From a virus, in IMG/VR virus record IMGVR_UViG_3300028569_002824, positions 60,474 through 124,473 of that record: 64,000 nt of DNA; one strand, 5' to 3'. The notes under the pieces were generated by a model. That model ran no database searches. It saw nothing but the letters and a program-made list of their open reading frames with translations, and was not told where the DNA came from. Position numbers and translations under genes: made by a program. Shown one piece after another: positions 49,076-56,604 of the stretch; the stretch's first letter is position 1; each line of letters begins with the position of its first letter.

Positions 49076-49780
49076 ATATGAAAAAAATACTCTTCCACGG
49101 AAATTGTCAAACTTGTGCTATATCAAGATGGTTTGAGCAAAATTATTCAACCAAATATCAATTTATTAATTGTACAGAAGCTAATTTAGCTATGTATTGG
49201 AGTCGTAGTAATCCAACATTTGCTTTGTGGACTCCTCCCAACGTTAAGAAATTACAGAATACAAAAACCAGGAAAGCCGTACAAGAAAAAATAAGAGAGG
49301 CTGATATTTTTGTGTTCATGCATCATACAACAAACATTGACGAACTTAACACTGTTAATCTACACGATAACGTAGCACGGGGCTTGAAAATATGCCTTCC
49401 TAATAACAGATTTAGTGCATATCCAATATGTAGCCGGAGCTTAAAAATTTACCTCGAGTATATAAGACAAAATATAACTAAAGATCCTGTAAAAATAGCA
49501 GAGTATATTAAAAATGAAGACGATCCAGTTTTTACTGAATTATTATACACACAATATCCATTTGAGGGATATACAGAAAAAAGTTTATCCCAAAACCCAA
49601 GCCAACACGAAAAATGCGTTGAGCTATATGACAAGGTAATACCCATAAACGATTTTGTTGAAAAAAATTGGAAAGACCATTTGCTATTTTCTAGTTTGAA
49701 TCATCCAACAGAAATGTACTACAGAGAGCTAATTTCAAGGTTGTTGACTCTGTTAGGAGAAGATCTCGATTTATTAGAAA
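48527..49780 (+). repeat. 1.25-kb direct repeat, copy 2
   Basis: Aligns to 42272..43525. Confidence 0.9.
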
Positions 49781-49950
49781 GAACTGAAAATATTGAACAC
49801 CCCAAAGGAGAACGAACAGGAGAATTTATAAACATAAACGAATTTGCATTTTTTAAAAAACATGCTCCAAATTTAATAATGCCAAGAGAAACGGGAACTA
49901 ATCAGATGATAAGTTTTAATGGCATATTCGCACCATTTAAATCAAAATAG
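49078..49950 (+). CDS. WcbI-family protein (paralog of 42823)
   Basis: Identical to 42823 up to EDLDLLE, then a diverged C-terminus. Confidence 0.75.
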   Translation: MKKILFHGNCQTCAISRWFEQNYSTKYQFINCTEANLAMYWSRSNPTFALWTPPNVKKLQNTKTRKAVQEKIREADIFVFMHHTTNIDELNTVNLHDNVARGLKICLPNNRFSAYPICSRSLKIYLEYIRQNITKDPVKIAEYIKNEDDPVFTELLYTQYPFEGYTEKSLSQNPSQHEKCVELYDKVIPINDFVEKNWKDHLLFSSLNHPTEMYYRELISRLLTLLGEDLDLLERTENIEHPKGERTGEFININEFAFFKKHAPNLIMPRETGTNQMISFNGIFAPFKSK

Positions 49951-49997
49951 CTCTAATGTGAATTTAAAACAACCAATAACATTACCAAGCTCTTTAA

Positions 49998-50816
49998 ATG
50001 AAACTTCCAATCCCGATATTTTACCATGTACCAAAAAACTCAGGCACTTATCTGTACAATTGTATCTTAAGCGAAATTAAAAAAATTAATAAACCTACTC
50101 ATGTCATTAGAGTAATAGACGGCCAATATATTTTAGCAAAAATAGTTATAAATAGCGACTTATCCTTTTTCGAAGATAAACTCACTTCAATAAATAATAC
50201 AAACGTAGCTCGAAATTTAAACGTTTCAGATTTAACAGAAGACCTTCTCAAAAACTTATCTGTTGTGTTTGTTTCTGTTGAAGCAAGAGGGTTTAGACGT
50301 TTACACGATTCATTAAAATCACTTTTTTTGTTTTTATCAAAATTTGTTTTACACAAATTTATAATATTAAGAGACCCCTTTTCTAGAGAGCAATCGTTAT
50401 ATAGTTATTTAACTTCAGAGAAATCCAAACACGAACATACTCACAACAGATTCAAATCACAGTCGTTCGAAGAACATGTAATGTCGAAACAGCTTCAAGA
50501 TAGCTGGATCATAAGAGTGTTGTCAGACATACCAGCTGGAACAACATTAACCGAAGAACACTTTAATAAAGCCTGCAATTTTTTAGAAACGATTGAAACA
50601 TACGATATAAATCAAACAGATAAAGCAATCCGAGATGTGTTATTGAAGTGTTTTGATGTAATTAACTTCGATCCACACGAAATTGGTTCATCCAAAATGA
50701 ACAAAAACGAATATAATAAACTTAAATTTAGCGAACTTTCATTAGATACGCAAAAAAGATTTAACGACCATAAGTATTTGGATCTGCAATTATATAAACG
50801 GTTTGTGAATAAGTAA
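49998..50816 (+). CDS. sulfotransferase-like protein (paralog of 38562)
   Basis: FYHVPKNSGT, LRDPFSREQS, QLQDSWIIR. Confidence 0.75.
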   Translation: MKLPIPIFYHVPKNSGTYLYNCILSEIKKINKPTHVIRVIDGQYILAKIVINSDLSFFEDKLTSINNTNVARNLNVSDLTEDLLKNLSVVFVSVEARGFRRLHDSLKSLFLFLSKFVLHKFIILRDPFSREQSLYSYLTSEKSKHEHTHNRFKSQSFEEHVMSKQLQDSWIIRVLSDIPAGTTLTEEHFNKACNFLETIETYDINQTDKAIRDVLLKCFDVINFDPHEIGSSKMNKNEYNKLKFSELSLDTQKRFNDHKYLDLQLYKRFVNK

Positions 50817-50820
50817 TGTT

Positions 50821-51402
50821 ATGGAACATTTTTATGAAAATATTAGAGGGTGGTTTTCATTTCCTAATCTCTACAAGCAAGTTGTGGCAAAGCACCAATC
50901 AGAAGCTCATTTTGTAGAAGTTGGTTCTTTTTTAGGAAAAAGCACTTGTTGTATGGCTGTTGAGATTATTAACTCAAACAAAAACATAAAGTTTGATTGT
51001 GTAGATATCTGGACTGACGACTCAATTAATTATTTGGAAGGAAATAAAAACAACAAGTTAGACTGCATTGAGAACAACAGGGCGTACAACGAGTTTTTAA
51101 AAAACACAGAAACTGTCCGCTCGACCATTAATCCGATTAGATTGCCTTCCACTGAAGCATCTAATTTATATGCTGATAATAGTTTAGATTTTGTTTTTAT
51201 AGATGCCAACCACTCTTACGAGTTCGTAAAAGATGATATAAAACATTGGTATCCCAAAGTCAAAAAGGGTGGCATTTTAGCTGGACATGATTATAGACCA
51301 GCATGGCCAGGTGTTATACAAGCAGTCAATGAGTTCATTTCAAAAAACAACTATTCGTTAGAAATAAAGTCTGAACATTGTTGGGGATTCACTAAACATT
51401 AA
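50821..51402 (+). CDS. SAM-dependent methyltransferase (Methyltransf_24-like)
   Basis: VEVGSFLGKS, DFVFIDANHSYE, GGILAGHDY. Confidence 0.88.
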   Translation: MEHFYENIRGWFSFPNLYKQVVAKHQSEAHFVEVGSFLGKSTCCMAVEIINSNKNIKFDCVDIWTDDSINYLEGNKNNKLDCIENNRAYNEFLKNTETVRSTINPIRLPSTEASNLYADNSLDFVFIDANHSYEFVKDDIKHWYPKVKKGGILAGHDYRPAWPGVIQAVNEFISKNNYSLEIKSEHCWGFTKH

Positions 51403-51429
51403 ACTAGTTGTTTAACACAGCTAAAAAAG

Positions 51430-51502
51430 CTACGGAGATAGGACTTGAACCTATAACCCTCAGATCCAAATTCTGATGCACTACCAATTGTGCTACTCCG
51501 TA
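51430..51502 (-). tRNA. tRNA-Gln(TTG)
   Basis: TACGGAG/CTCCGTA acceptor, G73, TCAGA-ATTTGGA-TCTGA. Confidence 0.88.
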
Positions 51503-51512
51503 TTAAATTAGA

Positions 51513-51893
51513 CTAAGAGTTGTTTGATAAAAAGACGTTGTTGCAGCGATTCATAATCGGCAGGGCAATCGGAAACTTTAAAGGCTTAATAATAATTATT
51601 TTTGAAGATTTATCTTCGATTAATTTATGAAATTGTTTTTGATCTGGATCTACAACAAGATTTACTCGATCTGCAAGAGCTGAAGGAATTGAAACTTCAC
51701 CAAACGTTATAATGGTAACTGATCTTTCATTTTTGTAATGATCAACAAAAATATAAATCTGTTTGAAAGGAATGTCAGTTTGATTGGTAAATTGTATACA
51801 AGCTGGATCATGAGATTCGAGAGCATCAGATAGGCTCGTGCCATTTACTTTTTCGTAGGCTTCTTCTAATAATATTTGATCTTTTGTTTTCAT
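51513..51893 (-). CDS. hypothetical protein with MKTKDQILLEEAY leader
   Basis: ATG at 51893 preferred; TTAAATA 8 nt upstream. Confidence 0.7.
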   Translation of the reverse strand: MKTKDQILLEEAYEKVNGTSLSDALESHDPACIQFTNQTDIPFKQIYIFVDHYKNERSVTIITFGEVSIPSALADRVNLVVDPDQKQFHKLIEDKSSKIIIIKPLKFPIALPIMNRCNNVFLSNNS

Positions 51894-51964
51894 GTACATT
51901 ATATTTAAGGTATTTTGTTTTTTTTTTGCAGCATTATTGAACAAATTTGTATTTAATCAAAATA

Positions 51965-52037
51965 TCCTCATGGAGGGACTCGAACCTATAACACTTAGAT
52001 CCAAATTCTGATGCACTACCAATTGTGCTACTCCGTA
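51965..52037 (-). pseudogene. chimeric pseudo-tRNA (5' Gln-TTG, 3' Leu-TAG)
   Basis: 5' two-thirds match 51430..51502; 3' end GAGTCCCTCCATGAGGA matches tRNA-Leu 52229..52310; acceptor stem cannot pair. Confidence 0.85.
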
Positions 52038-52043
52038 TTAAAC

Positions 52044-52118
52044 TGGCACTCCCAAGGGGACTTGAACCCCTGCTACCTCCGTGAAAGGGAGATGTGCTAA
52101 CCGCTACACTATGGGAGC
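52044..52118 (-). tRNA. tRNA-Glu(TTC)
   Basis: TCTCC-CTTTCAC-GGAGG, CCA encoded. Confidence 0.92.
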
Positions 52119-52125
52119 AAAAATT

Positions 52126-52210
52126 CGGAAGAGGAGAGATTCGAACTCTCGGAGGCGTTCGCCTCGGCGGTTTAGTAAACCGCTGCAATAGACCACTCTG
52201 CCACCCTTCC
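52126..52210 (-). tRNA. tRNA-Ser(ACT)
   Basis: GCGGT-TTACTAA-ACCGC, long variable arm GAGGC-GAAC-GCCTC, G73. Confidence 0.88.
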
Positions 52211-52228
52211 TTTTATTTAATTAAAATA

Positions 52229-52310
52229 TGCTCATGGAGGGACTCGAACCCACATTCCTCGCGGAACCAGATCCTAAGTCTGGCGCGTCTGCCAATTTCG
52301 CCACATGAGC
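52229..52310 (-). tRNA. tRNA-Leu(TAG)
   Basis: CCAGA-CTTAGGA-TCTGG, long variable arm, A73. Confidence 0.93.
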
Positions 52311-52317
52311 TTTAAAA

Positions 52318-52393
52318 TGGTGCTCGGGGTGGGACTCAAACCCACGATAGCCTGCGTGTAAAGCAGGTACTTTAGTCGCTAAGTTACCCGAGC
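52318..52393 (-). tRNA. tRNA-Val(TAC)
   Basis: CCTGC-TTTACAC-GCAGG, CCA; atypical D and T loops. Confidence 0.85.
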
Positions 52394-52401
52394 CTTAAAT
52401 G

Positions 52402-52475
52402 TAGACCTGGTTGGGCTCGAACCAACGACCTGTTCATTATCAATGAACTGCTCTAACCAACTGAGCTACAAGTCT
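52402..52475 (-). tRNA. tRNA-Ile(GAT)
   Basis: GTTCA-TTGATAA-TGAAC. Confidence 0.93.
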
Positions 52476-52480
52476 GAAAA

Positions 52481-52554
52481 TGGTGCAGCATGAGAGAATC
52501 GAACTCTCGTCTGGGCTTTGGAAGAGCTCCGTTCTACCATTAAACTAATGCTGC
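52481..52554 (-). tRNA. tRNA-Gly(TCC)
   Basis: Loop CTTCCAA, CCA encoded. Confidence 0.9.
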
Positions 52555-52559
52555 AAATT

Positions 52560-52633
52560 TCGAGCATGCGGGATTCGAACTCGCGACCTCCTGGTCCCAA
52601 ACCAGGCGCTCTACCAAGCTAAGCTAATGCTCG
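52560..52633 (-). tRNA. tRNA-Pro(TGG)
   Basis: CCTGG-TTTGGGA-CCAGG. Confidence 0.93.
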
Positions 52634-52639
52634 TCAAAA

Positions 52640-52724
52640 TGGTGGGCAGTGCAGGACTCGAACCTGCGAAGCCCGAAGGCAGGAGATTTACAGTCTCCGG
52701 TAATTGCCGCTATACGAACTACCC
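52640..52724 (-). tRNA. tRNA-Tyr(GTA)
   Basis: GGAGA-CTGTAAA-TCTCC, long variable arm, CCA. Confidence 0.93.
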
Positions 52725-52751
52725 ATTATTGTTTTTATTTAATCTATTAAG

Positions 52752-52828
52752 TGGCGTTTCCAGCTGGGCTTGAACCAGCAACCTACGCTTTAGAAGAGCG
52801 TTGCTCTATCCAATTGAGCTATGGAAAC
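52752..52828 (-). tRNA. tRNA-Arg(TCT)
   Basis: ACGCT-CTTCTAA-AGCGT, CCA. Confidence 0.93.
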
Positions 52829-52832
52829 AAAG

Positions 52833-52907
52833 TGGTACCCCAGGTAGGAGTCGAACCTACGTTCGCGGTTTATGAAACCGACGTTCTAACCGTTGAACTA
52901 CAAGGGT
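52833..52907 (-). tRNA. tRNA with CAT anticodon, probably tRNA-Ile2
   Basis: Loop TTCATAA, C4-G69, A73, CCA; 8 nt downstream of the tilS stop. Confidence 0.75.
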
Positions 52908-52915
52908 ATTAAAAA

Positions 52916-53575
52916 TTAATTCTTTACTACACTATCTAAATGTTCTTTCGTCTTCTTGAAGACTACTTTGTGGAGTCCTTTATATTTCTTATCAATTATT
53001 GGAAGAACTACTTTTCTAGTCCAGTTTCTCATTAGAGTCATATCAGAGTTTAGTTCGTCCTCTCTGATATACTCAACTAAATTACTATCCATTGCATGCT
53101 TGGCGAAGTCAATCTTTTTGTTTAATAAAAATGGACGAAATACAGTTACTTCAGGATACTTGCAGTAGAATTGGATTGGCACAAACTCTGGATGTCCTTT
53201 TAAGAAGTTCAAGAAGTAAGATTCTACACAATCATCTAGGTGGTGTGCTGTGCAGATGAAATCAATTCCTTGACTCTTTGCATATTCTCTAAGAGCTTTG
53301 TATCTTAGATTTCTGCAGAAGTCTTCTTTGCTTCCTTTGGAATATTTTTCAGTAGCTGTGATTGTGTGTAGAGGGATTTGTTCTTTGTAGCAAAATCTTT
53401 GAACGTCCTCTGCAATTTGGTCATCTTGTTCAATGAACTTGTTGTTAATGTGTACTGCAATAAAGTTGAAGTTTTTCTTTTTGAGGGAGTGGCAAGCTGC
53501 TACGCTATCGATGCCTCCAGAGAGTGCAAAGATAAACTTTGTGTTTGGAAAATATGATTTATTATATTGTAGCAT
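52916..53575 (-). CDS. tilS: tRNA(Ile)-lysidine synthetase, catalytic domain only
   Basis: ALSGGIDS PP-loop, RNLRY, TAHHLDDCVES, RPFL, EDELN...RNWTR. Confidence 0.88.
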   Translation of the reverse strand: MLQYNKSYFPNTKFIFALSGGIDSVAACHSLKKKNFNFIAVHINNKFIEQDDQIAEDVQRFCYKEQIPLHTITATEKYSKGSKEDFCRNLRYKALREYAKSQGIDFICTAHHLDDCVESYFLNFLKGHPEFVPIQFYCKYPEVTVFRPFLLNKKIDFAKHAMDSNLVEYIREDELNSDMTLMRNWTRKVVLPIIDKKYKGLHKVVFKKTKEHLDSVVKN

Positions 53576-53587
53576 TTAATTTGAAAG

Positions 53588-53673
53588 TGGTACCCAGGGC
53601 GGGACTCGAACCCGCACACCATTACTGATAAGGGATTTTAAGTCCCTTGTGTCTGCCATTTCACCACCTGGGC
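53588..53673 (-). tRNA. tRNA-Leu(TAA)
   Basis: AGGGA-CTTAAAA-TCCCT, long variable arm, CCA. Confidence 0.93.
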
Positions 53674-53734
53674 TTTTATAAAATGTATACTCTATTAATA
53701 AGAAGGATTGGTCAACAATGTTTTTATAAAAAAA

Positions 53735-53806
53735 CTCCTGAGGTAGGATTCGAACCTACGACCAATCGGTTAACAGCCGACCGCTCTACCACTGAGCTAC
53801 TCAGGA
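53735..53806 (-). tRNA. tRNA-Asn(GTT)
   Basis: GTCGG-CTGTTAA-CCGAT. Confidence 0.93.
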
Positions 53807-53951
53807 ATAATTTATTTTCTCCGATTTTTTTATCCGGTTCATCGGGAACCTTTTTTTGTCACTGTCAAAGATCGTTGTTAGATTCAGTTGAATCTTGAAT
53901 AGGAACCATCCTTTAATTACCACAAAAAGGCAACAATTATTATTTAAAAAA

Positions 53952-54024
53952 TGGAGGCAGGGGGATTCGAACCCCCGACATCCAGCTTGCAAAGCTGGCG
54001 CTCTACCAACTGAGCTATACCCCC
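53952..54024 (-). tRNA. tRNA-Ala(TGC)
   Basis: G3:U70, CCAGC-TTTGCAA-GCTGG. Confidence 0.93.
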
Positions 54025-54207
54025 GTCATTCATAATACTTTTTATCATAAACTGCTGTGTGATATACTTAATATATAAGGTTGTCTATTACCTGAATCAC
54101 CCAACTATAATTTATTATTTGTTAATCACATCTACATTGATTTGAGATGCATGGTATGTTAATTATAATATGTAGCACGTAATTTTCAAAACAAATAATT
54201 TAAACAA

Positions 54208-54945
54208 ATGAAACCAACTATCTATGTTCTTCACGTAGGAAAAACTGGAGGGACCGCATTAAAATTAGCATTACTTGAAGGACAAAAATTAAAGAATTGT
54301 ACAGGAGAGCAAAACAATATTTTCCTTTATAACAAACATTTCAACAGAATAAACAAAATACCGTTAAGCAAACAGAAAGCCACTATCTTGCTTTGTGCTC
54401 ACTCTACTTCTATTGAGGATATTCCAGTGGGAGACAAAATAGTAATATTCTTAAGGGATCCTATAACCAGATTCGTCAGTGCATTTTATCATCGAAGGAG
54501 AATGTATAAAAACCAGTCAGAGCAAGAGAAAATATTGTTTAGTTATTTTCGTACACCAAACCAACTAGCAGCTTCTCTGTCAAATGTGTGTTGTGATAAA
54601 AATAAATTAGCATTGAGTGCACTACACGAGATTGGCCATATACACCATCTAATCCACTGGTACAAGAGCATAGAATATTTCAATTCTCGCATTGACGATA
54701 TACTTTTTATTGGGTTTACAGAAACGTTAGATAGTGATTTTGATAAGTTAAAAAAACTGTTAAATCTTCCGTCTAAAATAACTCTCCCTAAAGACTCCAT
54801 AGGAGTTATGAAAGGACCAACTAGGATACGAGAGCAAGACAAGATAATTCAAGAGCCTGGATTGACATTCCTAAAAGAGTGGTACAAACAAGATATTGAA
54901 TTCGTGGCTCTATGCAAAGAGATAATGGCGAGCAGAACTTTATAA
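54208..54945 (+). CDS. sulfotransferase family 2 protein
   Basis: LHVGKTGGT, LRDPITRFVSAF. Confidence 0.8.
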   Translation: MKPTIYVLHVGKTGGTALKLALLEGQKLKNCTGEQNNIFLYNKHFNRINKIPLSKQKATILLCAHSTSIEDIPVGDKIVIFLRDPITRFVSAFYHRRRMYKNQSEQEKILFSYFRTPNQLAASLSNVCCDKNKLALSALHEIGHIHHLIHWYKSIEYFNSRIDDILFIGFTETLDSDFDKLKKLLNLPSKITLPKDSIGVMKGPTRIREQDKIIQEPGLTFLKEWYKQDIEFVALCKEIMASRTL

Positions 54946-54983
54946 AAGCATATATCACCACGTGAATTACGTAGATGGTTATT

Positions 54984-55754
54984 TTATGTGAGTTGGGGAG
55001 CACCAGGCTGCTCCATTAAGTCTGTATGTTCTCTCATAATCCAACTTTTCAGTTCTTTATAATTAGTAAAAAGAGATTCAATTGGTTCGGTTGTCTGTTT
55101 TCTGAACGAGGAAACAAGATCTGTTCGCGGTGGGCACGTAATGCCTAAATCACGTATGATTAATTCAACTCCACTTAAATTAACCACGTCATCATAATCC
55201 ACTACAGTAATCAAATTGTCTGGTTGAGATTTCACACGATCCACAATTGATTGAAATTTACGATGACTCATCAAAATTGTATTAAACATCTTTACATTAA
55301 AAGTTAGCATAGGAGTAGACGAATCACTGTCTGAGAGTTTGCACCATTTGCCTGTTGATACAGCTCTAGCATGGGATATATATCTACTGACTGGGTGTCT
55401 GTTGAGAATTATTTTTCTGAATTCACTTGAATGTACGACGTGATGTATTACATCCGAGTGATGTCCATGTAGGAGTTTGAATCCCACTGCCTTACAATGT
55501 GTATTCATGGCGAGAATCTCGTTCATATATTTTAACGGATTCTGTTGAACTTCTTCTTTCCAGTCAGAGTATCTTCCGCTGTTTGCTTTGAGCCAGTTCC
55601 TATCAGTATATTCCGTGTAAGGCTTGAACAGCTCACAATAACATTTAATATCAGGAACTCTATCTAGTAAGTCAACAAGCAATGAGGATCCGGACCTATG
55701 AAGGGATAATACAACGAATTTAGATTTAATTTGAAAGGGTAAGTTAGGCATCAT
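54984..55754 (-). CDS. Stf0/NodH-like sulfotransferase
   Basis: LSLHRSGSSLL, CELF, VGFKL, RYISHARA. Confidence 0.78.
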   Translation of the reverse strand: MMPNLPFQIKSKFVVLSLHRSGSSLLVDLLDRVPDIKCYCELFKPYTEYTDRNWLKANSGRYSDWKEEVQQNPLKYMNEILAMNTHCKAVGFKLLHGHHSDVIHHVVHSSEFRKIILNRHPVSRYISHARAVSTGKWCKLSDSDSSTPMLTFNVKMFNTILMSHRKFQSIVDRVKSQPDNLITVVDYDDVVNLSGVELIIRDLGITCPPRTDLVSSFRKQTTEPIESLFTNYKELKSWIMREHTDLMEQPGAPQLT

Positions 55755-55822
55755 GTTGGTGCTACATTATATCAATATTCGTTAACAAATCAATAAAAAA
55801 ATTTTAGCTGCAAATAAAGGTA

Positions 55823-56020
55823 CTAATGGACTTTTGTGAAAGTAATTCCCCAACAATTATTTCTAATTTGTATGCCGCGAAAAATTACTCTTTTGTTCAT
55901 ATTGTTTCTCACCATAAATGACATTTCATCCACCTCAATAATACGATTAGCTTTTTTAGCTTCTTGTAGTAATTCTTTTACAGCAGCGTTTTGAACTAGC
56001 TTTACGACTTCATCACTCAT
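55823..56020 (-). CDS. hypothetical protein
   Basis: Overlapping operon gene. Confidence 0.55.
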   Translation of the reverse strand: MSDEVVKLVQNAAVKELLQEAKKANRIIEVDEMSFMVRNNMNKRVIFRGIQIRNNCWGITFTKVH

Positions 56021-56585
56021 TGTTAGATTTAGTCAAATCTTTAATAGAACGTGTCTGCTGTAGTCGACTCAATAATGATGCCAAGATATTTTTAATTATG
56101 TTTTTTGTGTTTGTGTAAGGACATTTACTAATAAATTTTGTGTGGTCGTCTTTCATAATATTTTGAAGTTGTTCTGTTGTCCAATTCTCATAGTATCCAA
56201 TTTTCTTGAGATGCAAACGTGCTAAACTCATTTTTGCTCTCGGCTGACAAAAAACTATATTATACACACAATTATTTGTTTGGACGTTTTTTATAAAGGT
56301 AGCTTTTTCTCTTGGGTCGGGAATGAATATAAATTCTGGAAATTTAATATTACAACAGTCAGTAAAATTTTCTACGTCTTCAAGTGAGTAAGAGTGCGGC
56401 AATATATACAAAATAAGTTCGAATCTACCACAGTCCGGCACGAATGCATTTGTGTCCACAAGCTCGATAATGTTATATTTTGCTGTCTTAGCAAAAGGAC
56501 ATACGGAGTGCCCGTTAAGAGAGGTATGTTTCTCTGAAACCTCTTTTATCCATTTTTTAATGTGTTTACTTACACTGCTTTGCAT
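56013..56585 (-). CDS. hypothetical protein with CPFAK motif
   Basis: IKKWI...VCPFAK; GYYENW. Confidence 0.6.
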   Translation of the reverse strand: MQSSVSKHIKKWIKEVSEKHTSLNGHSVCPFAKTAKYNIIELVDTNAFVPDCGRFELILYILPHSYSLEDVENFTDCCNIKFPEFIFIPDPREKATFIKNVQTNNCVYNIVFCQPRAKMSLARLHLKKIGYYENWTTEQLQNIMKDDHTKFISKCPYTNTKNIIKNILASLLSRLQQTRSIKDLTKSNNE

Positions 56586-56604
56586 ATATTCAAGGCAATC
56601 AAAC

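Noticed and set aside
42272-49780. The long repeat as a DGR template/variable pair
   Set aside because: Too long, mismatches are not adenine-specific (several C/T and C/G), and no reverse transcriptase is present
51430-51502. Reading this tRNA as Pro(TGG)
   Set aside because: The 5-bp stem TCAGA/TCTGA centres TTG; U1-A72 and G73 fit Gln
51430-52037. Integrase-mediated element with attL/attR in tRNA-Gln
   Set aside because: No integrase; the duplicated part is the 5' portion and it is fused to a tRNA-Leu 3' end, which fits a T-loop crossover better
38195-53992. ORFs 38195..38482, 51934..52188, 52094..52315, 53647..53898 and 53801..53992
   Set aside because: They overlap clear tRNA genes or the Cys-rich gene and are read-through artefacts
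51430-54024. Regularly spaced ttcgaacc/ctcgaacc motifs as a CRISPR array
   Set aside because: These are T-arms of tandem tRNAs; there is no constant repeat-spacer structure and no cas gene
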